Origin: an uncultured virus (IMG/VR IMGVR_UViG_3300025284_000066) | Taxonomy: Duplodnaviria > Heunggongvirae > Uroviricota > Caudoviricetes | Virus record (IMG/VR): IMGVR_UViG_3300025284_000066 | Length of the DNA: 64,000 nt | Reading direction: 5' to 3' (one strand) | In this document: piece by piece, positions 9,440 to 18,678 of the stretch | Position numbering within the stretch: position 1 is the first letter of the stretch | How the letters are laid out: each line of letters opens with the position of its first letter | The notes under the pieces: model-generated | The model's input: only the letters and a program-made list of their open reading frames with translations | Databases searched by the model: none | What the model was told of the DNA's origin: nothing | Translations under genes and position numbers: made by a program

Positions 9440-9503
9440 AATGTAGCAGTGCTACATAAATATCGTCAAGCGTTGCTCAATAAAATATGTAGCTTTGCTC
9501 CAT
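9440..9503 (-). promoter_or_regulatory. PL-like promoter with three operators (9441-9457, 9465-9481, 9487-9503)
   Basis: ATGTAGC-N3-GCTACAT palindrome and variants; TTGACG-N18-TACATT on the minus strand. Confidence 0.8.
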
Positions 9504-9510
9504 GTGGGCG

Positions 9511-9536
9511 AAAAAAATCCCGCTCTGAAGCGGGAT
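9511..9536 (-). terminator. Rho-independent terminator downstream of cI
   Basis: ATCCCGCT-tcag-AGCGGGAT followed by a T run on the minus strand. Confidence 0.8.
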
Positions 9537-9556
9537 CGGTGTTGGCGTCGGGCTGC

Positions 9557-10273
9557 CTACTGCAGGCGACTTTTGATCTTCTTTCGTGGAACCTCGAACG
9601 CGATGTAGTAGATCCAAGTCACTTCTTCTGGCGAGTAGTGCAGCAGCTTTGGATCGTTGAAGCTGCCGAAGGTGTAGCCATCGCGCCGCGCTAGCAACCG
9701 CTTCATCAGAGTCGTGCCGTCCGCGAGTCGAACAAGCACTTTGTCTTCAAGATCGACGGCTGTGCTCGGTTCCACCAGCACATAGTTCTTGGGATTGAAC
9801 ACGGGGATCATGCTGTCCTCGGCAACCTCCGCGAGAAACGCTAGCGGGTCTGCGCTCAGCACCTCGCCATACAGGTCAGTCATTCCCACTGGGTGATCTC
9901 CATCCGTCCAAATGCGCTTCGGAAGCCCGCCTGCGCCCTTTCCCACCACCCATATCCGACGAAAGCTAGAAGGGTCGACCGGCAGGGCGCCAGCCGGTAT
10001 CTCCGGAGCGGCGTTCGGATCATTTGCACTCGTGCTCTTCGCAGCGGCCACGGCGGCTGCATGGCGCGGGCTTATGTCTTCGAGCGGAACTCCAAAACCA
10101 TTCGCGTAGGCAGTCGCGGCCTCCAGGCTCATTGGCCGTCGTGCCTTGAGGTGCTGGCTGACCATCGATGCCCCACCAGGCACTCGATGCTTCCGCGCGA
10201 AGGCGGCTTGGTTCACGCCTTCAAAGCGCTTGGCCAACCGCTCGGCTTCTTCTTCGGGTGTCCACATTTCCAT
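9557..10273 (-). CDS. cI: CI-like repressor (HTH plus S24 peptidase)
   Basis: HTH NQAAFAR...SMVSQHLKARRP; S24 motifs EDSMIP and MKRL; divergent from cro. Confidence 0.9.
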   Translation of the reverse strand: MEMWTPEEEAERLAKRFEGVNQAAFARKHRVPGGASMVSQHLKARRPMSLEAATAYANGFGVPLEDISPRHAAAVAAAKSTSANDPNAAPEIPAGALPVDPSSFRRIWVVGKGAGGLPKRIWTDGDHPVGMTDLYGEVLSADPLAFLAEVAEDSMIPVFNPKNYVLVEPSTAVDLEDKVLVRLADGTTLMKRLLARRDGYTFGSFNDPKLLHYSPEEVTWIYYIAFEVPRKKIKSRLQ

Positions 10274-10359
10274 TAAGCAATGCTAATAGAGCAGCCATGT
10301 AGCATGGCTTGATGTTGAAATGTAGCGGTGCTACATTAAAGGCATGAGCACTGCTACAC
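10272..10359 (+). promoter_or_regulatory. PR/PRM region with four operators (10272-10288, 10297-10313, 10320-10336, 10343-10359)
   Basis: Same 17-bp dyad; TTGATG-N17-TACATT promoter ending 6 nt before the cro ATG (leaderless). Confidence 0.8.
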
Positions 10360-10634
10360 AAACCGCCGTTGCCGAGGCTTGCGCCATCGTCGGCAGCCAA
10401 TCTGCCCTTGCTGTCGCGATCGACGTGTCGCCCCCGATGGTCAACCAGTGGATCAAGGGAGAGCGCCCGGTGCCGCCAAAAAGCTGCGCGGAAATCGAGC
10501 GCGTCACGAGAGGAGCCGTCACGGTCGATCGCCTCCTTGCCGGTCCTTGGGCTCGCATCAAGGACCGGCGGTGGCCCCATCCCAAGGGGCGCCCGGTTCT
10601 GGATGTTGCGTCGACCGCCAGGGAGGCCGCGTGA
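10344..10634 (+). CDS. cro: Cro-like / YdaS-family HTH regulator
   Basis: GSQSALAVAIDVSPPMVNQWIKGERPVP...IERVTRGAVT. Confidence 0.88.
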   Translation: MSTATQTAVAEACAIVGSQSALAVAIDVSPPMVNQWIKGERPVPPKSCAEIERVTRGAVTVDRLLAGPWARIKDRRWPHPKGRPVLDVASTAREAA

Positions 10635-10822
10635 TGCACATCAAGCCTCTCGCTTCACTGAGCCACGCCGAGGTTGCCGACCTCGCTGCGCACGCCGCCG
10701 AGCGCGGTGAAGAGCTCCCCCTGGCCAACCCATTCCCGGCCGACGGCCCCGACTGCTGGCGACACCGCGTCTTCCGCGATGTCTTCGCCGCTCGCGCCGC
10801 CGACCTCCAGCCGGTCGGCTGA
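10634..10822 (+). CDS. Small hypothetical protein
   Basis: GGAGG RBS; TGATG coupling with cro. Confidence 0.55.
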   Translation: MHIKPLASLSHAEVADLAAHAAERGEELPLANPFPADGPDCWRHRVFRDVFAARAADLQPVG

Positions 10823-10849
10823 CCACTTCACCCCAACCACCAATTCGAG

Positions 10850-11164
10850 ATGTCCACCATCGACCATGACCAAGAGCCGGCGTTCGCCCGCGGCATCGCC
10901 GGGCCGCTCGGGAAGCTCACCGAAGACCTCAAGACCAAGGTTGACGAGGCGACTGACAAGGTATTCCGGCAGCACTGCGCCCTGAGCGGTACCGACGCGA
11001 GCACGCTGCTGCGCGACTTCGTGTACCTGACCTGCTACGGCAAGACGTGGCGTGCGATGGCGGCTGAGAAGCTGTTGCATGAGGAGGAGCGTATCGGCGC
11101 TCTGCGCAAACTGGCAGGGCCTTTTGAGGGCCCCGAATTCGCGCAGCGGGGAGGGCACCACTGA
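10850..11164 (+). CDS. Small regulator in the CII position (possibly ribbon-helix-helix)
   Basis: Position after cro; LKTKVDE...STLLRDFVY pattern. Confidence 0.6.
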   Translation: MSTIDHDQEPAFARGIAGPLGKLTEDLKTKVDEATDKVFRQHCALSGTDASTLLRDFVYLTCYGKTWRAMAAEKLLHEEERIGALRKLAGPFEGPEFAQRGGHH

Positions 11165-12426
11165 TGGAGCGCTTCGTTCTCCATCACGGCGACTGTATGG
11201 CAGCGCTGGGACGCATGGCGGAAGCCAGCGTCGACGCCGTCGTCACCGATCCTCCGTACCACCTCACCAACAACGGAGGCGGCCCCGGCGGCAAGGGCGC
11301 TGACAACCCTTACAGCCGATCGCGTGCTGGCGCATCGTCGTCAGGCTTCATGGGCATGGCCTGGGACGGTGGCGATATCGCTTTCCGCGTCGAGCTTTGG
11401 GCCGAGGTGCTGCGCGTGCTCAAGCCGGGCGGGCATCTGCTCGCATTCTCGGGCTCGCGCACCTATCACCGCATGGCATGCGCAATCGAGGACGCCGGCT
11501 TTGAATTGCGCGACCAGATCATGTGGGTGTACGGCTCTGGCTTCCCGAAGTCGCACAACGGCGAATGGGGCGGCACGGCCCTCAAGCCCGCGCACGAACC
11601 GATCGCGATGGCGCGCAAGCCGCTAATCGGCACCGTCGCGGAGAACTTCGCCGCGCACGGCACCGGCGCGCTGAACATCGACGGTTGCCGCATCGCAGGC
11701 GAACCGATGCGTCCAAACACCGGCAAAGGCGCGCTACCGCGTCGCCATGAGAGCGAGATCCGAGACGGCTCTCCCTGCGGGCAGCCGCACGAGCTCGGCC
11801 GCTGGCCTGCCAATCTGATCCACGACGGCAGCGACGAAGTGCTGGAGGCGTTCCCTAACGCACCAGGGCAAATTGCCGACGCCAGTGCCAGTGCCAGTGC
11901 CAGGAAGACCCAGAACGTCTACGGCGCGATGCGTCGTGGCCGCGGTGACGAAGCGTCGGCCGAAAACGAGAACGGTGGCACGGTCGGTTTCAGGATGCGT
12001 CCCGGTGCGCGGCGGCTGGACGAAGGCAGCGCCGCGCGGTTCTTCTACTGCGCCAAGGCCAGTCGTGACGACCGCAACGAAGGTACTGAAGAGCTTCCCC
12101 AGAAGCTCGGCGGGATGGTGAGCAACACCAGCGGCCAGCACATGACCCGTCGCGACGAAGGCTACGAGCGAAAGCCGCAGGGCAATGCCCACCCGACGGT
12201 CAAACCCACAGACCTGATGCGGTACCTGTGCCGCCTCGTGACCCCTCCCGGCGGCCTCGTGCTCGACCCCTTCATGGGCAGCGGCAGCACGGGCAAGGCC
12301 GCAGTACTCGAAGGCTTTCGATTCGTGGGCTGCGAGCTCGACGAAAGCTACCTCGCCATCGCCCGTGCGCGGATCGGCTTCGCCGCTCGCGTCGGACACC
12401 AACCATCGCTTCTGGAGGCAGCTTGA
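11164..12426 (+). CDS. N4/N6 DNA methyltransferase, beta class
   Basis: VTDPPY near the N-terminus; HPTVKP...VLDPFMGSGST near the C-terminus. Confidence 0.92.
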   Translation: MERFVLHHGDCMAALGRMAEASVDAVVTDPPYHLTNNGGGPGGKGADNPYSRSRAGASSSGFMGMAWDGGDIAFRVELWAEVLRVLKPGGHLLAFSGSRTYHRMACAIEDAGFELRDQIMWVYGSGFPKSHNGEWGGTALKPAHEPIAMARKPLIGTVAENFAAHGTGALNIDGCRIAGEPMRPNTGKGALPRRHESEIRDGSPCGQPHELGRWPANLIHDGSDEVLEAFPNAPGQIADASASASARKTQNVYGAMRRGRGDEASAENENGGTVGFRMRPGARRLDEGSAARFFYCAKASRDDRNEGTEELPQKLGGMVSNTSGQHMTRRDEGYERKPQGNAHPTVKPTDLMRYLCRLVTPPGGLVLDPFMGSGSTGKAAVLEGFRFVGCELDESYLAIARARIGFAARVGHQPSLLEAA

Positions 12427-12809
12427 ATCCCGCCCCCTTTACCCATAGCCCGCTGCAAGTCGCCCAGCAGCACGCCGACCAGTTCACGCCGCGATTCCTC
12501 GCGTACCTGCCCGAGAACCTGCACGTCTACGAAGCCTTCGAGCGCGAGGCCATGCGCATCGTGCGCCGTGGCTTCCAGCACTACAGCGCCCGCACCATCA
12601 TCGAGGTGCTGCGCCACAACTCGGCGCTGGCCGAGCACGGCGGGCCGTGGAAGCTCAACGACTGGCATACCCCGTACCTGGCGCGCCTGTTCGCGCTGCT
12701 GAATCCTGCCTTCGCGGGCCTGTTCGAGTTCCGCATCACCAAGGCTGTCGGCCGTGGCCGCGCTGCGGCGGCGAACGACCCTTCGATGGAAGGGGGCGCC
12801 GCATGCTGA
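12423..12809 (+). CDS. Conserved hypothetical phage protein
   Basis: TTG start overlapping the MTase stop; GGAGG RBS; YSARTIIEVLRH...YLARLF. Confidence 0.7.
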   Translation: MNPAPFTHSPLQVAQQHADQFTPRFLAYLPENLHVYEAFEREAMRIVRRGFQHYSARTIIEVLRHNSALAEHGGPWKLNDWHTPYLARLFALLNPAFAGLFEFRITKAVGRGRAAAANDPSMEGGAAC

Positions 12810-14740
12810 CCCCTCAATTCGTTCTCGCGCTCTCCGCGAAGCTGGTGATCGATCTCTTTGCCGGTGGCGGTGGCGCCAGCACGGGCATAGAGCAGGCAAT
12901 CGGCCGGCACGTGGACATCGCCGTCAACCACGATGCCGACGCCATCGGCATGCACGAGATCAACCACCCGCAGACGCGGCACTATCGCGCTGACGTGTGG
13001 GAGGTCGATCCGCTGGCGGTGGTGCGCGGCCAGCAGGTTGGCCTGCTGCATGCCTCGCCCGACTGCACCGACCACAGCCAAGCGAAGGGCGGGCAACCGC
13101 GCTCAAAGAAGATTCGCGCGTTGGCGTGGGTAGTGCATCGTTGGGCTGGCAAGGTGCGACCGGATGTCATCACGCTCGAGAACGTCGAGCAGATGCTGCA
13201 GTGGTCGCCGCTCATCGCGAAACGAGATCCCGAAACGGGCCGCGTGGTGACGCTCGACGAAGTGGTCGACCCGGTGACGAAGCGGAAGACCTTTCGCGTC
13301 GCGAACCCAGGTGAGTACGTGCCGCGGCACCGTCAGTTCCTGGTGCCGGACAAGACGAAGCTCGGCCGCAACTGGAAGCACTTCGTCGAAGGCCTGCGCG
13401 CGATGGGCTACGTCGTGCAATGGCGCGTCATCTGCAACGCCGACTACGGCGCGCACAGCACGCGCACACGCCTCTACATGATCGCGCGTTGCGACGGGCT
13501 GCCCATCGTGTGGCCGGAGAAAACGCACGCGAAGAAGCCGAAGGGCAAGCTGAAGGCCCACCGCCCGGCGGCCGACTGCATCAACTGGAGCATCGAGGGG
13601 CAGAGCATCTTCAACCGGAAGAAGCCGCTCGCCGACGCCACGATGCGCCGCATCGCCCATGGCATGCGCAAGTTCGTGCTGGATTGCCCAGAGCCGTTCA
13701 TCGTCAACAACATGGCGAACAACGTGCCGCGGCCAGTGTCGGAGCCCATCGGGCCGGTGCTGACTGGGGGGCACAAGATGCTGCTGGCGCCCACGCTGAT
13801 TCCTGTGACCCATTCGCGTGACACCGCTTACGACGTGCAGCAGCCGCAGCGCACCATCACTACCGCCAAGGGCGGCGAGACGGCACTAGCTGCGGCTGTG
13901 CTGGTGCAAATGGGCTACGGAGAACGCGAGGGCCAGGCGCCCCGCGTGCTCGACCTGCAGCAGGCGCTCGGCACCGTCACCGCAGGCGGGAAGAAGCATG
14001 GCCTGACAACGGCATACCTCGTGCAGGCCGGTCACGGCGAGGGAAAGGACGGCGGGAAGCGCTGGAGCCATGGCGCGAACGACATCGAGGGCTCGCTGGG
14101 CACGATCACTGCCAGCGGTGGTGGGCAGAGCCTCGCCACAGCGTTCATGGTTCAGGCGAATGGGGGTTTCAACAAGACGCACGCGCGCGATGTGCGCGAA
14201 TCGGTTTCGGCTGTCACAGCCAGCGGGAGCCAGCAGCAGCTCATCACCGCGCACCTCACCGCGCTGGGCCAGAACGCTATCGGCAGCGACCTCCGCGAGC
14301 CGACCCAGACGGTGCTCGCCGGCGCCACTCGCTTCGGCCTGGTGGAGTACCAATTGAGCAAGGAGCACGAGGAAGGCGCGCTGCGCTGCGCGGCGTTCCT
14401 GATGCGCTACCACGCCTCGGGCGGCCAGTGGGCCGACCTGCGCGACCCAGCCACCACCATCACCACGCACGACCGGCTGGCGCTGGTCACAGTGTGGCTC
14501 AAGGGCGAACCGTGGGTAATCGTGGACATCTGCCTGCGCATGCTCACGCCGCGGGAGCTCTACAACGCTCAGGACTTCCCGGGCAACTACACCATCGACC
14601 GCACTGCGAGCGGGAAGGTGCTCACGAAGACAGCGCAAGTGCGCATGTGCGGCAACTCCGTCAGCCCGCTGCCGATGCGCTTGCTGGTGGCAGCGAACTA
14701 CAGCGACTTCGGCCACGCGCAGGAAAGGCTGGCTGCGTGA
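12803..14740 (+). CDS. C5 cytosine DNA methyltransferase
   Basis: DLFAGGGG, SPDC, ENV, RTRLY and GNSV motifs; long repetitive target-recognition region. Confidence 0.92.
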   Translation: MLTPQFVLALSAKLVIDLFAGGGGASTGIEQAIGRHVDIAVNHDADAIGMHEINHPQTRHYRADVWEVDPLAVVRGQQVGLLHASPDCTDHSQAKGGQPRSKKIRALAWVVHRWAGKVRPDVITLENVEQMLQWSPLIAKRDPETGRVVTLDEVVDPVTKRKTFRVANPGEYVPRHRQFLVPDKTKLGRNWKHFVEGLRAMGYVVQWRVICNADYGAHSTRTRLYMIARCDGLPIVWPEKTHAKKPKGKLKAHRPAADCINWSIEGQSIFNRKKPLADATMRRIAHGMRKFVLDCPEPFIVNNMANNVPRPVSEPIGPVLTGGHKMLLAPTLIPVTHSRDTAYDVQQPQRTITTAKGGETALAAAVLVQMGYGEREGQAPRVLDLQQALGTVTAGGKKHGLTTAYLVQAGHGEGKDGGKRWSHGANDIEGSLGTITASGGGQSLATAFMVQANGGFNKTHARDVRESVSAVTASGSQQQLITAHLTALGQNAIGSDLREPTQTVLAGATRFGLVEYQLSKEHEEGALRCAAFLMRYHASGGQWADLRDPATTITTHDRLALVTVWLKGEPWVIVDICLRMLTPRELYNAQDFPGNYTIDRTASGKVLTKTAQVRMCGNSVSPLPMRLLVAANYSDFGHAQERLAA

Positions 14741-15711
14741 CGCGACCTGTTCCCTATCCTGCAGACACCCGTGCGAAGGGCTGGCGCTTCGAGCTGGACC
14801 ACGAGCGCATCGAGCAGTCGGACACCTGGGCGCTGGCGCCTGCTGATGTGAAGCCGTGGCTGCTGATGCTTTGGGTCACGGCCTGGCGCCAGGAACCGTG
14901 CGGCTCGCTGCCCAACGAAGACGAGCTCATCGCCGTGCGCATCGGCATGCCCATGAAGACGTTCGCCAAGGTGCGCTCCAAGCTGATGCGCGGGTGGTGG
15001 GCGGCCGAGGACGGCCGCCTGTACCACGACACCGTGACGAAGCGCGTCCTGGAAATGCTGGCCGCCCGCGAGGCGGAGCGTCGCCGGAAGGCGGAGTACC
15101 GCCAGCGGAAGGAGGCGGAACGCAGATCGGACGCCAGTGGTGATCCGGATTTGTCCCACGGGACAACCGGCGGACACCAGCAGGACGACACCCGGAATGA
15201 CACCGGGAGAGACGACACCGGAACCAGAACCGGAACCAGTACCAGTAAAGAAGAAACCACCACCACTTCCCGAACTACGTCCGGATCGGTGGGGGGTGAT
15301 CGGCAAAGCCCGACGAGAGCCGGGGAGGCGTGCCGGGCCATGCGCAACAAAGGCATCGCAGACGTGAATCCGTCGAGTCCCGAGCTGCTGGCGCTCATCG
15401 ACAAGGGCGTGCCCGTCGAAACCTTCGAGGCCGCTGCCGACATCGCTGCGAAGTCCAAGCCGCCCAAGGGCTTCGCCTACCTGCTGGGCATCGTCAAGCG
15501 GCAGCTCGGCGAGGCCGCGGCCATCGCGTCCGGCGCCGGCATGCCCGAGAAGCCCTGGGACGAGAACCGCTCGACCATCGAAGCGAAGGGAGAGGAACTC
15601 GGCCTGGGCCGATGGAACGAGCACGACCTGAGCGTCAACCGCGAAACGTTCCCGCAATACACGGCCCGCGTCCGCCGGGCGGTGGAGCAACGACAAGGAG
15701 TACCCGCATGA
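14737..15711 (+). CDS. Phage replication initiator (YdaU/DUF1376-like)
   Basis: LLMLWVTAWRQEPCGSLPNEDELIA...GRLYH; low-complexity middle; position. Confidence 0.75.
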   Translation: MTRPVPYPADTRAKGWRFELDHERIEQSDTWALAPADVKPWLLMLWVTAWRQEPCGSLPNEDELIAVRIGMPMKTFAKVRSKLMRGWWAAEDGRLYHDTVTKRVLEMLAAREAERRRKAEYRQRKEAERRSDASGDPDLSHGTTGGHQQDDTRNDTGRDDTGTRTGTSTSKEETTTTSRTTSGSVGGDRQSPTRAGEACRAMRNKGIADVNPSSPELLALIDKGVPVETFEAAADIAAKSKPPKGFAYLLGIVKRQLGEAAAIASGAGMPEKPWDENRSTIEAKGEELGLGRWNEHDLSVNRETFPQYTARVRRAVEQRQGVPA

Positions 15712-15938
15712 GTACCGCACTCGCCATCGCCCAGGTGGCTGTCTCCGCGCAGCGCAACCTCCATCAGATCGCCACGTACGACCGCGAATTGCGGCAGCGC
15801 GGCGCGCTGGTCGCGGCGGTGGCACTGAGCCCCTACCGCGCGGTGGAGCGCGCCCGTCTCGATGTGTGCGCCAAGCACTTCGCCGCGCTGCAGCCCGCCA
15901 ACGACCTCGCTTTCGAGCAGAACCCGGAGCACGCATGA
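15708..15938 (+). CDS. Hypothetical protein
   Basis: AAGGAG RBS; ATGA coupling. Confidence 0.6.
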   Translation: MSTALAIAQVAVSAQRNLHQIATYDRELRQRGALVAAVALSPYRAVERARLDVCAKHFAALQPANDLAFEQNPEHA

Positions 15939-16462
15939 TCCCGTCGATTAATCCCTGGGATGCCGAGATCGAGTTGTTCGAGCAGCTGACGCTCGCGCGC
16001 CTGCTGAAGCACACCGAGCCAGAAGGCGAATGCCTCGCCTGGACGGGCCACGCCAACCTCGGCCGCAGCCCGCAGATCCGCCTCGGCGGCGCCAAGGGCC
16101 GGGCCTACAACGTCCGCCGCGTGCTGTGGGTGCTGACGCGCGGCAGCATCCGCGCCGACCGCGTGGTCACGGTGGACTGCGACTGCGAGTTGTGCGTTCA
16201 CCCCGATTGCCTCATTGCGGTCCATCAGTCGAAGCTGCAGAAGGGCCAACCGAAATCGCTCCTGGCATCGCGCCGCATCGCGTCCGCCCAGCGCAGGCTG
16301 TCACCGATCACCGAGGACATGGTTCGGGAGATCCGGGGCAGCACGATCCCGGCGGTGGAATTCGACCGGCGCTGGGGACTCGGCATCGGAACCTCTGCGC
16401 ACATCCGGTCCGGAGCGCGCCGCGCCCCGCTGGGCCTGGGCATGTTGGGAGGTGCCGCCTGA
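15935..16462 (+). CDS. His-Me finger (HNH-like, possibly degenerate) protein
   Basis: ECLAWTG...CDCELCVHPDCL resembles the CxxxxCVNPxHL motif. Confidence 0.65.
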   Translation: MIPSINPWDAEIELFEQLTLARLLKHTEPEGECLAWTGHANLGRSPQIRLGGAKGRAYNVRRVLWVLTRGSIRADRVVTVDCDCELCVHPDCLIAVHQSKLQKGQPKSLLASRRIASAQRRLSPITEDMVREIRGSTIPAVEFDRRWGLGIGTSAHIRSGARRAPLGLGMLGGAA

Positions 16463-16896
16463 TGGCCCGCCGCCGCACCGCCGCGCTCGGGCTGATCGCC
16501 CGAGCCCTCATCGAAAAGCAGTGGCACGCGACCGCCGTGCGCGCGCAGATCCACGCCATCCTGGGCGACGACAGCGACCAGTTCGTAGCCGCCGCCGGCC
16601 GGGTGTTGTTCGTGGTGCTGGGCGCCCTCATGGCCGAAGACATCGACCACGATCTGCCGGACGTGCGCATCGTGCGCGGCGCCTGCAACGCCCTGTACGA
16701 GCAGGCCGGAGTGCCAGTCATCGACCCGACGCGCCGTGCATCGCTTCGCTCGGGGCTGGAGGCCTGCGAGCGCCTCGTCGATGGGTTGCAGCGCAAGTCG
16801 CTGATCGATGCCGCTTGCGACCTGGAGCTGAAGCTGAAGACCGGACACTTGGACTGGGCTTCCTTCGAGACTCTGCTGGAGGGCATCGCAGCATGA
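16462..16896 (+). CDS. Hypothetical protein
   Basis: GGAGGT RBS; coupled. Confidence 0.65.
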   Translation: MARRRTAALGLIARALIEKQWHATAVRAQIHAILGDDSDQFVAAAGRVLFVVLGALMAEDIDHDLPDVRIVRGACNALYEQAGVPVIDPTRRASLRSGLEACERLVDGLQRKSLIDAACDLELKLKTGHLDWASFETLLEGIAA

Positions 16897-17156
16897 CGTG
16901 CCCGAACTGCGACAAGGCAGCCACCCGCGCCGACTGGCCGGGCTACACCGCGAACTGCCGGGAATGCCTGGCGCGCGGCATCGCCAACGGGCCCGAGTAC
17001 TGGCGCTCGCGCCAGGACGGCACGCTTCGCGAGGAGTACAAGGCCGCGCTCCGGAACATCTGGGGCGCCGACTGGAAGAAGGGGCACGACGCCGTGAAGC
17101 TGGCCGCGCAGCGGCTCGACCAGCAGCGGACCTCGCCGCAGGGAGCATTGCTGTGA
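16893..17156 (+). CDS. Small Zn-finger protein
   Basis: CPNC...CREC; GGAGG RBS. Confidence 0.6.
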   Translation: MTCPNCDKAATRADWPGYTANCRECLARGIANGPEYWRSRQDGTLREEYKAALRNIWGADWKKGHDAVKLAAQRLDQQRTSPQGALL

Positions 17157-17584
17157 CGGTCCACATCCTCGGAATCGACCCCGGCGCGAGCACGGGCCTG
17201 GCCGCCTTTACCAGCGGCGCCCTCGGCTTTCTGAAGACCATCGAGCCGCACTCCATCGAGCACACCCTGCGCCACTACAAGCCGGCGCGCGTGGTCTTCG
17301 AGGACAGCCGGCTGGAGTCCAAGGTGTGGACGGCGGCGGGCAGCCGCGCGGCGGCGCTGAAGATCGCCCGCAACGTCGGGCAGATCGACGCCTGGTGCAG
17401 CCTCATCACCGCCATCTGCGGTGACCTGGGCATCCCTGCCCACGGCATCAGCCCAACCACCAAGGGCGCGAAGCTGGACGCCGAGGCCTTCGCGCTCGTG
17501 ACCGGCTGGGCCGCGCGCAGCAACCAACACGAACGCGACGCCGCAATGGTCGCGTGGCCCTACCGGAGGGCCGTGAAGTCATGA
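17153..17584 (+). CDS. RuvC-like Holliday junction resolvase
   Basis: ILGIDPG...VVFED...HERDAA acidic residues. Confidence 0.75.
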   Translation: MTVHILGIDPGASTGLAAFTSGALGFLKTIEPHSIEHTLRHYKPARVVFEDSRLESKVWTAAGSRAAALKIARNVGQIDAWCSLITAICGDLGIPAHGISPTTKGAKLDAEAFALVTGWAARSNQHERDAAMVAWPYRRAVKS

Positions 17585-18165
17585 CGGTCACCCCCACCGA
17601 GCAATCCCGCCGCATGTCCTTTGGGCGCGGCGTCATGGAAGGCCTGCGCATGGCAGGCATCCAAAACCCTGGAGACGTGATGAACGCAGCGAAGTTGGCC
17701 CGCATCGAGAGCGGCCTGAACAGCATGGCCAAGAAGGTGCTCGGCGCCGTGCCCATCCAAGCGCCCTGGTCGAAGGAACAGATTGTCAGCGAGCTGCGCC
17801 GCGCCGGGGCCACGGTAGACCGCGCCGTGGTCGACGGCTGCCTCATCACTCTCTGCGAGCGCGGCCTGGTGAAGGAACCCAGTCGGGGCAGCTTCATCCG
17901 GGTCATCGCTCGCCTCATCACCCAAGCAACCGAGGAGTTCCACGACATGTCCGCCACCGCCAGACCCGCTGCAGCGCAGCAGCCCCAGCCTTCCGCTCCA
18001 GAACGGGACGATTCCCTTTCCCGCCTGGCGAACCTGGGCGCGCTGCTGCGGCGCGCCGCCGACGAGTGCGACGCCATCGCTCTCGACGTGGAAGCGCGGG
18101 TGCAGGCAGCCGGCAAGGAGGGCGAGACACTCCGGCAGCTCAAGGCTCTTCTCACTGGCGCCTGA
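17581..18165 (+). CDS. Hypothetical protein with a wHTH-like segment
   Basis: GCLITLCERGLVKE; coupled. Confidence 0.65.
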   Translation: MTVTPTEQSRRMSFGRGVMEGLRMAGIQNPGDVMNAAKLARIESGLNSMAKKVLGAVPIQAPWSKEQIVSELRRAGATVDRAVVDGCLITLCERGLVKEPSRGSFIRVIARLITQATEEFHDMSATARPAAAQQPQPSAPERDDSLSRLANLGALLRRAADECDAIALDVEARVQAAGKEGETLRQLKALLTGA

Positions 18166-18177
18166 GGCGAGGAACAC

Positions 18178-18678
18178 ATGGCAGACATCGCCCTGCAAGT
18201 CATCTGGCCCGACCAGGAGCGCGCGCGCACCAGCCTGCTCGAGCGCGTTGCACCCTGGTGTAAAGAGCAGTGGGCCGCCGGCCGGCGCCTGGAGCTGGAG
18301 ATTCGGCTGCACGAGGATGCGAAGACCGATCGCCAGCGGAAGTACTACCACGGGGTGGTGCTCAAGACCATCGCGCTGCAGGCGCGCCCGAACGACCAGC
18401 AGTTCCCCCTGAAGGTCTGGAAGGAGCACTTCCGCGCTGAGTACTTGGGCTGGAAGACCGTCACCAGCCGCAACCCGCTCACGGGCAAGAAGGTGCGTAG
18501 GCGCGAGCGCGTCAGCACCGAGCAGCTTGGCGTCAAGGGCTACAGTCAGCTCATCGACCGCGTGAGCGCTTTCGCCGCCGGCGAGCTCGGCGTGACGTTC
18601 CCCGCCAGCTTCGAGCAGTGGGAGCGCATGCAGGTGGACCCGGACACGGGCGAGATCATCGGAGCGATCGCGCCATGA
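18178..18678 (+). CDS. NinB-like recombination protein
   Basis: KTDRQRKYYHG...WKEHF...STEQLGVKGYSQLID. Confidence 0.75.
   Translation: MADIALQVIWPDQERARTSLLERVAPWCKEQWAAGRRLELEIRLHEDAKTDRQRKYYHGVVLKTIALQARPNDQQFPLKVWKEHFRAEYLGWKTVTSRNPLTGKKVRRRERVSTEQLGVKGYSQLIDRVSAFAAGELGVTFPASFEQWERMQVDPDTGEIIGAIAP

Noticed and set aside
11881..11903. GCCAGT tandem repeat in the N4/N6 methyltransferase as a phase-variation tract
   Set aside because: The 6-nt unit keeps the frame and there are under four copies; it simply encodes ASASASA
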